NCBI GenBank assembly: GCA_028534125.1
Contig: CM052816.1
Coordinates: 53,508,001-53,572,000 of the forward strand
Source: Lama glama
Taxonomy: Eukaryota
Direction of reading: 5' to 3'
Length of the DNA: 64,000 nucleotides
Of the stretch, positions 11,490 through 24,959 are shown in pieces. The translations under genes and the position numbers were made by a program. Every line of letters begins with the position of its first letter. The stretch's first letter is position 1. Below the pieces are notes generated by a model. It worked only from the letters and a program-made list of their open reading frames with translations, was not told the origin of the DNA and searched no databases.

Positions 11490-14400
11490 AAAAAAGAGGG
11501 CTTCAGATCACTAAAATCAGAAATGAAGAGAGAAGTGATAACCAACACCACAGAATATACAAAAGATCATAAGAGATTATTATGAACAATTATATGCCAA
11601 TAAAATGGACAACCTAGAAGAAACAAATAAATTCCCAGAAATGTACAGTCTCCCAAGACTGAATCAGGAAGAAATAGAAAATATGAACAGACTGAGTACC
11701 AGGAATGAAATTAAATCAATAACAAAAAGTCTCCCAACAAACGAAAGTCTAGGACCAGATGTCTGTACAGGTGAATTCCACCAACATTTAAAGAAGAGTT
11801 AACACCAATCCTTCTCAACTATTCCAAAAATCTCAGAGAAAGCGTTCTGAGGAAGAACGCTTCCAAACTCACTCCATGAGGTCAACATGACCCTGATACC
11901 AAGACCACACAAAGATACCACAAAAAAAAAAAGAAAATTAGAGGCCAATATCACTGATAAACATGGATACAAAAATCCTCAATAAAATATTAGCAAACTG
12001 AATCCAACAATACATTAAAAGGATCATACATCACAATTATGTAAGATTTATCCCAGGGATGGAAAGATTTTTCCAATATCTGCAAATTGGTCAATGTGAT
12101 ACACACATTAACAAACTGAAGAATAAAAATATTGCCATCTCAAGTGATGTAGAAAAAGCTTTTGACAAAATTCAGTATCCATTAGTAATAAAAACTCTCC
12201 ACAAAGTGAGTACAGAGGGAACATACCTCATTGCAACAAAGGCCACACATGACAAGTCCACAGCCAAAATCATACTCAACAGTGAAAAGCTGAAAGCATT
12301 TCCTCTAAGATTAGGAACAAAAGGAGGATACCCACTCTCACCACTTTTATTCAGCATAGTATTGGAAGTCTTAACCACAGCAACTGAACCAAGAAAAAGA
12401 AAAGTAAAGGCATCCAAATTAAAAAGAAAGAAGTAAAACTGTCACTGCAGATGGCACGATACTATAGATAGAAAATCCTAAGGATGTTACCAAAATACAA
12501 CTAAAATTCATCAATGAATTTGATAAAGTTACAGGGTACAAAATTAATATACAGAAATCTGTTGTGTTTCTATGCACTAACAATGAACTATCAGAAAGAG
12601 AAATTAAGAAAAAAATCCCAGTTACAATCACATTAAGAAGAATAAAATACCTAGGAATAAATCTAACTAAGGAGGTAAAAGACCTGTGCTTGGAAAACTT
12701 TAAGACACCGATTAAAGAAACTGAAGATGACACACAGATGGAAAAATACATTGGAATTGAAGAGTAATATTGTTTAAATAACCATTCTATCCAAGACAAT
12801 CTACAGATTCAATGCAATCCCCATCAAAATAGCAATGGCATTTTCTTTTCCACAGACCTACAAAAGAATAATTCTGAAATTTGTACATAAACACAAAAGG
12901 CCCTACAGAATAGATAAAAACAATCTTGAGAAAGAACAACAAAGCTGGAAGTATCACACTCCTTGATTTCAAACTGCATTACAAAGTTACAGTTATCAAA
13001 ACAGTCTAGTACTGGCACAAAAGCAGACCCATGGCTCAGTAGAACAGACTAGAGAGCACAGAAAAGAACCCACACTTAAACAGACAATTAACCTATGACA
13101 AAAGAGGCAAGAATATATAATGGGGGGCAAACAGCCTCTTCACTAAATGGTGTTGGGAAAACTGGACAGCTACATGTGAAAGAATCAAAATGGAGTACTC
13201 TTTCATACCATATACCAAATAAGTTTAAAATGGATTAAAGGCTTAAATGTAAGTCTAGAACTATAAAACTTCTAGACTAAAACACAGTGAGTAAGCTCTT
13301 TGACATCAGTCTTAGCAATATTTTCTGGATGTATCTCCTCAGGCAAGGGGAACAAAAGCAAAAATAAACAAACAGAATTACATCAAACTAAAAAGCTTTT
13401 GCACAGTGAAGTAAACCATCAACAAAATGAAAAGGCAGCCTACTGAATGAGAAAAGATATTTACAAATGACACACCCAAAAAAGGGTTAATATCCAAAAT
13501 ATACAAAGAACTCATAAAATTCAACATCAAAAAAACAAACAACATAATTTTAAGTGGGCAGAGGACCCGAATAAGCATTTTCCAAAGAAGATGAACAGAT
13601 GGCCAAGAGGCACATGAAAAGATGTTCAACATCACTAATCATCAGGGAAATGCAAATCAAAACCACAGTGAAAATATCCCTCATACCTGTCAGAGTGGCT
13701 ACTATAAAAAAAAAAAAAAACAACAAATAACAAGCGCTAGTGATAACAAGGAGAAGGAACCCTCATACACTCTTGGTGGGAATGTAAATGGAGCAGCCAC
13801 TGTGGAGGACAGTATGGAGATTCCCCACTAGATTAAAAATAAAACTGCCAAAGGAACCAGCATTCCCACTCCTAGGTTATTTATCCAAAGAACACAAAAA
13901 CACTAATTCAAAAGGATATATGGAATGCTGTTAACTGCAGCATTATTTACAACAGCTGAGATATGGAAGCAACCTAAGCACACGTGGATAGATGGAGAAA
14001 AAAGATGTGATAGATAGATACACACACACACACACACAATGAAATATTACTCAGCCATAAAAGAAAAAAATCTTGACATTTGTGACAATATAGATGAAAC
14101 TAGAGGTATTATAATATGTGAATTAAGACATGGAGAAAGATAAATGTATGATTTCACTTATATGTGGAACTGAAAGAACAAAACAAATGAACAAATGTAA
14201 CTAAACAGAAATAGAATCATAGGTACTAAGATCAAACAGGTGCTTGCAAGAGGGGAAGGTGGTGGGGGTAGGAGAGATACAACTGAGGGAGATTAAGATT
14301 GTAAAATTCCAGTTGCAAAATAAATGAGTCATAGGTATGAAATGTACAGTGTGGGAAATATAGTTAATAATTATATAGTATCTTTGAATGGTGACAAATG

Positions 14401-14900
14401 TCAACTAGACTTATCATGGTAATCATTTTGAAATGTCTAAAAATATCAAACCACTATGTTGTGTACCAGGAACTAACACAGTGTGGTAGGTCAATTATAC
14501 TTCAAAAACAAACACACTCATAGAAAAAGAGATCAGATTTGTGGTTATGAGAGGCAAAGGGATAGAGGGAGGGGGAACTGGATACAGGTAGGCAAAAGGC
14601 ACAAACTCCCAGTTACAAGATAAATTAGAAACACATATGTGATGCACAACATGAAAAATATAATTACCAATGCAGTAGATTACACACAAAAGTTGTCAAG
14701 AAAGGAAATCCTGAGGGTTCTCATCACAAGCAAAAATTTTTTTCTATTTCTTTCATTTTGTATTTAGATAGAATGATGGATGTTCACTAAACTTAATGTG
14801 GTAATCATTTCATGACTTATTTAAGTCAAATCATTATTCTGTATATCATAAGCTTACACAGTGCTGTATGTCAATTATATCTCAATAAAACTGAAGGAAA
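11490..14900 (+). mobile_element. 5'-truncated L1: degenerate ORF2 (RT and C-terminal region) plus 3' UTR
   Basis: ORF fragments MDNLEETNKF...[27 protein letters not shown]...PLSPLLFSIVLEVL and IKYLGINLTKEVKDL are L1 ORF2 with frameshifts and stops; ends ctcAATAAAactgaaggaaaaa. Confidence 0.95.
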
Positions 14901-15579
14901 AATGAAATCATGCTTTTAAGATCCTTGTCATACCAAAATGAGTTTTTGAAATATTTATTCTAGTTTTTGAGGGGGTTTTGTTTGTTTGGTTGGTTCGTTT
15001 ATTTATTTATTTATTTATTTTAGAAAGTCTGGATCTCTAAGCCTAATTTTTTCAGGTAAACATTTCCTAGAAACCTCCACTGCCACCGATCTGGGTCAGA
15101 TGTCCCTCCTGTAGCCTCTTGAATTACCAGTCTAGATTCACATTATTGAAATCCCACTCACCCTTTGGGACCTATCTGAAATATTGCTGTCGCCTTTCTG
15201 CTGAAACTAGCTGTGGCTCTCCCTTTTGTGAACACTCCTCATACTTCTAATGATATATATTCTGATTCTTCTTTTGTAGGGTTTATCTACGTGTTTTAAA
15301 CACCACATGCTTTTTTATTAGTTCCTTGAGAGGAAACATAATTTCCACTCATTGTTATATCCCCTAGAAGACATAGTAACTTGTGGTAGAAGCCACTGAA
15401 TAGTTATTTGTTTCTATACATGCTAGAGATTAAACAAATGGCCTCAAATTATCCTCACTATTAAAGAAAAAAAAGTTACCAAATAAATTCACTACTACTC
15501 TAGCAGACTATACCTGTGTTACAAAGTAAAATCCTTAGTTTGCAATAACCTTAGAGGTTAATAGTTTATGAAGTGAACA

Positions 15580-16700
15580 TACTACTTCACACCTACTAGG
15601 ATGGCTATAATCAGAAAATGTAAAGTAAGTGCTAGTGAGGATGTGGAGAAACTGGAGCCCCTGCACATTGCTGGCAGGAATGCAAAACAGTGCAGGCACT
15701 GCAGAAAACAGTTTGGTGGTTCCTCAAAAAGCTGAACTCAGAATTGTCACGAACACCAAGCCATTCTCTTATATACCCAAAATAACTGAAAGCAGAGACT
15801 CAGAGGGATACTTGTACACTAATATTCTTAGTAGCATTATTCAGAATAGAGAAAGGTGGAAATGACCCAAGTGTCCATCAACAAATTAATAAACACATGT
15901 AATACATGTAATATATGCATACAGTGGACTACTACTCAGCCATAAAAAAGAATGAAATTCTGACACATGCTACAACATGGATGAACCTTGAGAATTTTAA
16001 GCTAAGTGAAATAAGCCAGATACAAAAGGAAAATATTTAATGGTTCTAATTATATGAAATATCTAGAATAGCAAATTCATTAGACAGAAAGTAGATTAGA
16101 GGTTACCAGGCACTAGAGGTAGAGGGAAATGGAAGTTACTGGTTAATGACTGCAGAGTTTCTGCTGGATGATGAAAAATGGAAATGGTGGTGACAGTTAT
16201 ACAACACTGTAAATGCAATTAATGCCACTAAATTGTACACTTAAACAGACTCACAGACACAGTAAACAAATTTATAGTTACTGGGGGGAAAGGGGGTGGG
16301 AAGGTAAAAATTGGGAGTTTGAGATTTACAACGATTAACTACTATATATAAAATAGATAAAAAAACAAATTTCTTCTGTATAGCACAGGGAACTATATTC
16401 AATATCTTGTAGTAACTATAATGAAAAAGAATATAAAAAGGAATACATGTATGTGTATATATGACTGAAACATGCTGTACACCAGAAATTTACACACTGT
16501 AACTGACTATACATCAATAAAAAATTAAAAATAAAAATAAATTGTGCACTTTAAAAGGTTAAAATGGAAAATTTAATGTTTTATATATTTTGCCATAATT
16601 TATAAAAATAATGTAATATATTAAAAACATTAAATTGTACACTTAAATGGGTAAACTGCATGATATATGAATTATATCTCATTAAAGCTGTTAAAATATA
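15580..16700 (+). mobile_element. Old L1 3' end (L1MB-like) interrupted by a younger L1 tail
   Basis: cacacctactaggatggctataatc...gaggatgtggagaaactgg...acaacatggatgaaccttga...gaattatatctcattaaagctgtt. Confidence 0.85.
16246..16538 (+). mobile_element. Young L1 3' end nested in the older L1
   Basis: cagactcacagacacag...ctgtatagcacagggaactatattcaata...aactgactatacatcaataaaaaa; near-TSD aaattgtacacttaaa / aaattgtgcactttaaa. Confidence 0.85.
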
Positions 16701-18324
16701 CATATAAAGATGATTTGGGTAAAAGTATCATATGTACAGCAGTATAAACAAGAAGACCTACCAAATTTGAAGATGCCTAGGTAAAAATAATTCACATCTA
16801 TTTAGTTGTATTAACCTACACTTGGGCTCTATTAAGTAACTAGTCTAGTACATACAGGAAAGGATAACAAAATTAAAATTTGGTCAATAAAAAAAGTGAC
16901 TGTAGTAAGGATACCAACTAATGACAAGATATAAAGTACCTGCTCAGAGTGCCAATTTTTCTAGAGATTCAAAAGTATTATTGTACCTATTCTGTGTCCC
17001 CTGGATAAAGATAACAAGCATGTGGATCAGCATTTAATAGGCAATGTGAATCATCTGAAATTGATTCCTAATCAGGAAAGACTATAGTGCTGGATGAATC
17101 AGAGGGAAAAGCAGCATGTCTATTTGTGACCATAGAAAAATAGGATAATAAAATTATCAGCATTCTGTCCTAGAGCCAAAATAAAGCAAAAGGGGGTGGG
17201 GGGAGTGTGAACAATAATGCTTTCAAAGAAAGTAAAATTCACTTTTAATCTAAGAAGACTATCACTTTATATATAATAGGATATCTTCACAAAGCATTTA
17301 CTGTAAAACACCAATTTAACTAATAAATGAGCCTTGTCATTATTCTAGATCATACACCTCAATTCTATACTCTCACACAAAATAAAAGAGTATTTGCTGA
17401 ATAGTTATTTTGGCATATAAAAAAATTTTAAAGCACTTAAAAAAAACTTTTTTAAAGAAGTGAAATAACTTTTTCCTAAAATTCTCTTGAAATGTAAAAA
17501 ATCACTATTAATAATTATTTTTGTTAACGTGGACAAAGTCCAATTTCTAAAATTTCATGGAAAAAATAACCAAACTAGGTCTGAAAGGAAATACAAATTA
17601 TGTATTATCTATTTATCTCATCCATACTCATGTTATTCTAGCTCTTATACCAATTCAAAGAAAGGGAAAAATTTGGATTCCCCTGATACACAGTCTCCAG
17701 TAATGCATTCATTTGTTATTTGACCCATTTATAAATCTCCCTTTAGCCCAAAACTATTATTCAATTCTTTCTAATAGTTTACTATAAAAAGATGAGCCTA
17801 TAAAAAAAATACTGTTTGGAAATAAACTAAAAGAAAATTTTAAAAATCTATCTGCAGATAGTAAGGATTAAACTATTCCTTTATCTATGAAGACTTAACA
17901 AAAGACAGATATTCTTGCATCTCAATTATCTTAAATTTGGATTATACGATGACACTATGGGGGGAACAAAGATACAATACCACTTATACTGGGCACTTTC
18001 AACACCAATGATTATCTAACTCCACGAAGTATGCAAGACTTCAGAATGCCAACAAAATTCTCAAAACTGTATTCATTGTAATGGAAATAAATATATACCA
18101 CAGACCATGGTTTAGCTGGTGCTGGAGACACAGAATAGCCTACTGAAAAAGCTACTATTCTAGAGCCAAAATAGTGTGTACAGATAACTTTCAGAGGGCA
18201 TTAACTGTTTATGAAAAACCTGACCCCTAGTGGTTATAAACTACGGCTACATACCCACAAAGGACTTTTAAAAGAAAAAACAAAACAAAACAAAACATGT
18301 AAAGTATGGGTAATAAAATCTATA

Positions 18325-18562
18325 AAAATATATCATCTTTTATGGTGACAGATGGTAACTAACTAGACTTATCATGGTGATCATTTTGAAATGTAAAGAA
18401 ATATCAAGTCACTATGTTTTACCAAAAACTAACATAGCATTGTAGGTCAATTATTTAAAAACAGACAGATCCTTATTAAAAAAAGACATCAGATTTGTGG
18501 TTATAAGAGGCAAGGGGTCAGGAATATGGGGAACTGGATGAAGGTAGTCAAAAGATACAACT
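18325..18562 (+). mobile_element. L1 3' UTR fragment
   Basis: tatggtgacagatggtaact..agacttatcatggtgatcattttgaaatg...atcagatttgtggtta; homologous to 14385-14610 and 61155-61360. Confidence 0.8.
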
Positions 18563-19169
18563 TAATCCCTAAGACATGGGGAATGAGAAAGATCTGTAGG
18601 ACAGGCAGGGAGAGGCAAACTAGGTCTTAAAAGAGTATTTGTAAGCCTTACCTGGCAGAGATGAAGCAACCCAGAGGTTAAGAAGCAGAGCACGAAGAAA
18701 AACTGGGATAAAGGAATGTACATGGTATATTTAAAGAAACTGAGTAGTACATTTTGAGTAGAGTAGAAAGTCTGGATCTGGGAGTTGTGAAAAGTCACCC
18801 CCAGCCCTACTACCACAACCACCACAATCCCATGTCCCAACCAGAAGTCCACTTCAAAAATCTTCAGAGGACTGGGTTTGTTTGGGGATTTTTAGATTAA
18901 TACAGTAACTATACACAAAACGGACTGAAAGAACTAGGGGTGGGGTATGAATGACCTGTAAAAAAAAAAAAATTTCTGGATTAGCTGAAGTTGGGAATGG
19001 AAAGGAAGAGAAAGACGGAAGAGACACTAAGAAAATATCTAGGAAAGTGACTAAAAAAGTAATGGAGGCACTGACAGAAGCAGTCAAAGTGCTGGCATAA
19101 ATGTTACATGGAACCACACAAGCAAGTACCGAGACCCACTCGTTTATAACAGGTATTTAATAAACTTCC

Positions 19170-19490
19170 TTTTTTAAAAAAACACCTTCACTGAGATAAA
19201 TTTTTGTATTCTACAATTTTCCCTTGTAAAGTGTATAATTCAATGGTTTTAAGTATATTCATAGTGCTGTGAATATATGTGTATTTATGTGTGTGTGTGT
19301 GTGTGTGTGTGTGTATCTATGTACAACCTAATTTTAGAACATTTCATCACCCCCTAAAAAGAAATTCTATAACCATCTGCAGTCACCCTCCACCCCACCC
19401 CCAGCTATAGGCAAGCATGAATCTACTTTTTGTCTCTATTGCCTATTTCGAACACTTCATATAAATGGAATCATACAATATGTGGTCTTA
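19170..19490 (-). mobile_element. Old L1 3' end, minus strand, containing a (TG)n tract
   Basis: aagtgtataattcaatggtttt...ttttagaacatttcatcacccc...catataaatggaatcatacaatatgtggtc. Confidence 0.8.
19288..19314. repeat. (TG)n microsatellite
   Basis: About 13 perfect TG units. Confidence 0.9.
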
Positions 19491-20199
19491 CTAAATGTTT
19501 CTTGAACATGAAGCAGAACTTCTGGAAGGAGTGCTAGTTCTAAGAAGAGAATGAGTTTATGATGCGTTAGTGGGGGATGATGATACCAATCACATGAGAT
19601 GCAGACAGGCACCTGAAGATGCAACTGCTTGGGTAAAGCATTATGTCTTTCAACTCCAAGACTCTAGGTCATTCAAGTAAGGAAGAAAGTGAAACAATGA
19701 AGGAGGTTGAAAATTCCCAAGGAAAAAGACTGTAGAGCACAAAGAGCGGGGAGCTGACTGCATTTAAGAAGGCCTTTACTTAAGGAGAAAGACTAGCCTC
19801 AGAGGCAGGAGAATCAGAACACAACTACAAAGGCTGAGGAAGAGAAGCCACCTGTAGTGTAGAAGGCTGGAGTTGAAGGAGGAGGAAAATGGAAAAAAGG
19901 TTATAGGATTTAGTAACTTTAGAAAAGCTGAGTTTCAATAGTTACGTGTGTGTAGATCCACAGAAGAAGTAAAAGTGCTTAAGAGAGAAAATGAGTAGCA
20001 AAATATGGAGAGAACATAGCCTGGGCTTCATAAAGTTATAAGAAGGATTAAAGACAAATGTACAAGTGAAATATTTCAAGAGTATGAAGTCTTCTTAAAT
20101 ACAGGGAGTTATTTAAATGCATTCTTGATACCTATTCTCAAGTTACCAGACAGTAAAAAATAAAGAAAAGGAAAAAAAATGTTTTAAGAACTTATTTTC

Positions 20200-20335
20200 T
20201 AAGAATATGAAAACAAATATATGTATGTATATGCATGATTTGGACACTGTGCTGTACACCAGAAACTGACACATTGTAACTGACTGTTACTTCAATTTTT
20301 AAAAAGTGAAGAAAAAACCGGAAAAAAAAAAAAAC
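20200..20335 (+). mobile_element. Short young L1 3' tail
   Basis: gaatatgaaaacaaatatatgtatgtatatgcatga...gctgtacaccagaaactgacacattgtaactgact plus A tail. Confidence 0.8.
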
Positions 20336-20560
20336 TTCTTTAATGTGAGACCCACAAAAAAGTATCATTTTAAAGCATAGGTGCTATTCCCAGGGTTTCA
20401 ATATCATGTTGGACCACATGTAGAATATCCAAAATATATACTCCAGACACAATAAAATTTTATATAAACAAATAAAAACATTGATTTCTTTCCTACCCTA
20501 AGTAATGATTTTTTTTTTAAGGCTGTGACAACAGCCATGGAAATTTTACAGGAAGAAGTA

Positions 20561-20902
20561 CAGTCGACCTTCAGTATCCGTGGGGTATTGGTTCCACAAC
20601 CCCCCTCACCCTTACTCCCATAGATACCAAAATCTGAGGATGTTCAATTCCCTTATATAAAATGGCATGGTATTTGCATAGAACCTAAGCACATCCACCC
20701 GCAAACATATACTTGAAATCATCTCTAGATTACATACAATACCTAATACGATGTAAATGTTATACAAATACTTGTAAATATAATGTAAATGCTATGTAAA
20801 TAGTTGCCAGTGTGTGACAAATTCAAGTTTTGCTTTTTGAAACTTTCTGGAACTTTCCTAATATTTTCAATCTATAGTTGCTCAGACGTGGAAGGCCAAC
20901 TG
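20561..20902 (+). mobile_element. MER2-like TcMar-Tigger MITE, about full length (342 bp)
   Basis: TA|cagtcgaccttc ... gaaggccaactg|TA, i.e. terminal inverted repeats with a TA duplication; internal gataccaaaatc...cccttatataaaatggc...aaatcatctctagattac. Confidence 0.88.
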
Positions 20903-21391
20903 TAAGGCTAAGATAATTGGGCAGTCACTAAAAACAAAGTACATGCCATAATTTAGCCTGAATCTGTCACCAGCTCACTTTACACTCTTAAATAATTAAG
21001 TGTCTTTAAATTTTAAATACAAATAAAATGCACACACCACACAATAGTTTTACTTCTATTTATTAATCACGCTAATATGCTTCATATTCAGAAAAAGAAA
21101 TCAGAATATATAAAAAATACAAATTTAAAAAATGAGTTTAACTCTTCAATTCATGAAAGACTCTTTCAGTTAACAGGACTTAAAAATATTCCCTTCAAGT
21201 TTAAAATGTGATGCAATTTTCTAAAACTTATCTATACGTAACTTTTAATTGCAAAAAGTAATCCTCAGGGAGCAAACTTGCATAAGAACAACAAAATGGA
21301 TTGAGGTTACACTAAATTAAGAGCAAAATGGGAAAATGAGAACCGAACATCAGGGTCACTAGAAAATTTACAGATATAAAATTTCACTTAC

Positions 21392-21509
21392 CTTTTTAAA
21401 CATAACTAGTGAGATGACTGCTGATGCTGTGAAAAGTGCTGCTATGATTATCATCATGATTCCAACAGGAATACTCTGGTTGAGACCAGTAAGGGATGAA
21501 ATCCAACCA
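21392..21509 (-). CDS. SCAMP1: SCAMP1 coding exon 8, 118 nt (TM4)
   Basis: catag|TGGTTGG...AAAAAG|gtaagt; encodes (C)[39 protein letters not shown]; phase 2/0. Confidence 0.96.
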
Positions 21510-21569
21510 CTATGAAATTAAAAAAATAAAGTAAAAGTAGGCAACTAAATGAATGCATGCTTTTAAACA

Positions 21570-21830
21570 ATAGCATAACAACTAATACATATTCAGTCAG
21601 CACTTATGGGCCAGGCAACTTTCAAGTTCTTTGTATGTATTAACTCATTTAATTCTCACAATAACCCCATAAAATACATGCCATTTTTAATCGCTATTTT
21701 ACAGGTGACAAACTGGGTCACAGAAATACTCAGTAACTTGCCCAAGGTCATACAGGTAATGAACAGCATAGTCTAAATTCAAGTCAAACACCAAATTCAA
21801 GCCTTGAATGTGTACTACCAGATTTTATAC
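21570..21830 (-). mobile_element. MIR SINE remnant
   Basis: gtattaactcatttaattctcacaataacccca...ttttacaggtgacaaactg...taacttgcccaaggtcatacag. Confidence 0.8.
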
Positions 21831-21947
21831 TTTTTTAAGCCAATGATTTCACTATTAGTTTTTAAATTTTGCTTAATTATGTAAGAAAATATTTACAAAC
21901 CACATATTCAAAGGGTTAGCATCAACAGCAACGGGATTTTAAAAAGT

Positions 21948-22155
21948 AGAATAGGTAAACAAGATTGTACTGTATAGCACAGGGAAAAATATACAAGATC
22001 TTGTGGTAGCTCATAGCGAAATAAAAATGTGACAATGAATATATACTTGTTCACGTATGACTGAAAAATTGTGCTCTACACTAGAATTTGACACAACATT
22101 GTAAAATAACTATTACACAATAAAAAAGTAAAATAAATAAACAAAATAAAATAAC
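21948..22155 (+). mobile_element. Young L1 3' end with A-rich tail
   Basis: Highly similar to 58215-58400 (ctgtatagcacagggaaa..atacaagatcttgtggtagctcat...gtatgactgaaaaattgtgctctacact). Confidence 0.88.
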
Positions 22156-22214
22156 AATTCAAACTACAGAACTGTACAGACTTTAAATAAATAAATAAAT
22201 ATGTGAATAAATAA

Positions 22215-22380
22215 ATTTCAATTAGAAAATGGACAAAGACATGAAGAAACATTTCACCAAGAGGATATAAGGATGGCGAATAAGCACATGAAAAGATGTA
22301 AATCATTATGATTAATTAGGGAAATAAATATTAAAACTACAGTGAGATATCACTACACACGTATCAGAATGGCTAAAAAA
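22215..22380 (+). mobile_element. Old L1 ORF2 fragment
   Basis: aaaatggacaaagacatgaagaaacatttcacc...aagcacatgaaaagatg...cagaatggctaaaa. Confidence 0.75.
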
Positions 22381-22823
22381 TGTGCGTGCAGCTTACTGTA
22401 CTTTTCAAAGACGTGCATGTCTGTGTATGAACATATGTTTGTATGCCTAAAACAGTGCTTTACACATAATAGGTACCCTTTTCCTTAAATCCCTTCAAGT
22501 TCTTTTCTCCCCCTTCAGCAATCCTTGGCCCTCCTATCAGACCACTCTTCAATCTCCTTTTACTCTTCCTCTTAGTGCCCATTATCTACACATTTTATTT
22601 AAACTAGATACAATATACTGTTCTTAAAAATAGGAACATAATTTTCAAATAGAATGGCTTGTCCAAAGGTTATTCCTTAAGAAATTCTTTAACTGCATTT
22701 TTATTATTTGTTTACTTTTGCTAGTTTGGCTTTTCTATGTTAAATAGTTTTAGGAAACCAAAAACTATATAAAGATACCAGATGAACAGATTGTAAGTGG
22801 AGTGATGAAAGTAAATGACTTAC

Positions 22824-22925
22824 CAGTTACCCCAATTATGAAATCCTGCAGCTTGGAGTACATGTACAGCAAACTGACAAATATAGACGAAAAAGAACAC
22901 AAAGAATCTGAATGAACTGTCACTC
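22824..22925 (-). CDS. SCAMP1: SCAMP1 coding exon 7, 102 nt (TM3)
   Basis: aacag|GAGTGAC...AACTG|gtaagt; encodes (R)[33 protein letters not shown](C); forms the C-terminus of ORF 22820..23326; phase 2/2. Confidence 0.96.
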
Positions 22926-23053
22926 CTGTTTTTAAAAAGAAAGGGAGCGGGGAGAAAAAGAAAGGGAAAAATGTCATTTTTCTCGATACCTTTACATTTG
23001 CATGCAGACTGACATTCAAACACTAAAAAACACCTTTTAAAATACCAGTGGCC

Positions 23054-23201
23054 GGGAGGAGGGCATAGCTCAGTGGTAGAGCATGTAATTAGCACGCATG
23101 AGGTCTTAGGTTCAATCCACAGTACTTCCATTAAAAAAAACCCCAAAACTAATAATAAACAAATAAACATCGTTACCTCTCCTTCCCCCCAAAATAAATA
23201 A
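23054..23201 (+). mobile_element. tRNA-derived SINE (vic-1-like), about 130 bp from the exon 7 acceptor
   Basis: gggaggagggcatagctcagtggtagagcatg...ggttcaatccacagtacttcc; TSD aataccagtggc (23041-23052) / attaccaatggc (23202-23213). Confidence 0.87.
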
Positions 23202-23349
23202 ATTACCAATGGCAACTGAGACTTAAAATTTATATAACATAATAATGTAGGTGAACCCGTTATCCAAATACTAGATGATATTATTCCAACCTCACTTTGT
23301 CCTTTCAATTTCGAACTACACCACAAAACATCCTGACGAAAGAAAAATT

Positions 23350-24870
23350 GTTTTCATTTTTAATTAAATAGCATAACTGAATTATAATTAACATACAATA
23401 AACCAAATACTTATAATACACAATTCAGTAAGAGTTGACATAAGTATTTAACTGTGAACTTTCTCTAATCAAAATAGTGACCATATCCCAAAAATTTCCT
23501 TGTGCACTTGGTTAATCCCTCCCTCCCCACTGCTGTCACTACCGTTTCATATTTTAGAGTTTTATTTAAATGGGATCACACAGTATATACTTTTTTCTTG
23601 TCTGCCTTCTTTCATTCAGCACAATTATTTTCAGATTCACTCACTTTGTTGCATGTTTCTCCCAGACTGTGGCTTGTCTTCTCATTCTTTTAAGAGTGTC
23701 TTTTAAAGAAGAGAAGTTTTGCCTTTTCATGAACTCTAATTTACCAACTGTTCTTTTATGGAGCTTGATTTTATTGCTGTATCTAAGAAATCTTTTCCAA
23801 AGCCAAGGACACAAAAATTTTATTCCTGTTTTTCTCTAGAAGTTTTATATCTTTTGGCTTTACATTTAAGACTATGTTCCTTTTTTAGTTAATTTTTAAA
23901 ATGTAGTACAAGGTATGGTTAAAGTTTCTTTTTTGCATATGGATACGCAATTATTCCAGCATCATTTCTTAAAAGATTGTCCTTTTTGCATTGCATTACC
24001 TTTGTACTTTTCTAAAAACTCAGTAATCTACATATGGGTGGGTTTATTTCTGGACACTCTATTCTGTCCCATTGCTTTATGTATCACATCATTATAATTA
24101 TTGGAGTATTCTAGTAAGTCTTCAAATTAGTTAGTGTTAATCTTTCAACTTTGTTGCCCTTTTTTAAAGTTGTTTTGGCCATTCTAGGCTATTATATTTC
24201 TATATACCTTTTAGAATCACCTGGTTCATTTCTAGAAAACAACCTACAGGGATTTTTATTGGGATTCCATTGCATCCATTGATTCATTTTGAGAGAAATT
24301 ACATCATAATAATATTGAGTTTCCTGATCCATTAACAAGGCATATCTCTCCATTTATATTTTCTACATTGATGATTATGTAATCTGTGGATAAAGACAGT
24401 TTTACTTCTTCCTTTCTAATTTGATGCCTCTTACTCGGTTTTCTTGCCTGTTTATATTGGCTAGAGCTTCCATTACAAGTTGAATAGAAGTGGTGAGAAT
24501 GAATATCCTTATCTTGTTCTTGGTCATATGTAGAATACTTTTGTCTTTTACCCTTAAGATGTTAGTTGTTAGTTACAGTTTTTCACAGATAACCTTTAGC
24601 AAGTTGAGAAAGTTACCTTTTATTCTAAGTTTATTGGGTGCTTTTATTATGAAAGTAATTGGATTTTGTCAAATGCTTTTTCTGCATCAGTTAAGATAAT
24701 CATATGGTTTTTCCTTTTAGTTTGTAATATGGTGAATAACAATAACAATAATAATTTTCTAATGTTAAACCAACCTTAAATTCCCAGAATAAGCTCCACT
24801 CACTTGATCGTGACATAGTATCTTTAAACATACCATTGAATTTGATTTGTTTGGCAAGATTTTCAACTGT
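23350..24870 (-). mobile_element. Old L1 (3' end and ORF2 pieces with internal deletions), minus strand
   Basis: Reverse-strand L1 motifs ttgcatatggatacgcaattattccagcatcattt, gggtttatttctggacactctattctgt and ggattttgtcaaatgctttttctgcatc. Confidence 0.85.
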
Positions 24871-24959
24871 CCTAAGTTTACTCCATTTCTGTTCATCACA
24901 GCCACTATTCCAACACATTTTTTCCAAGGTCCTTAACATTTCAACTTAGTCACCGCATT

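Noticed and set aside
11605..13831. Functional reverse transcriptase gene (likewise 36063 and 39661-40169)
   Set aside because: L1 ORF2 is broken into short pieces by frameshifts and stops and lacks its 5' part, so these are dead copies. The overlapping minus-strand ORFs are antisense shadows.
22820..23326. 168-aa ORF as an independent gene
   Set aside because: Only its last ~34 codons are SCAMP1 exon 7. The rest is read-through of intron and antisense SINE sequence.
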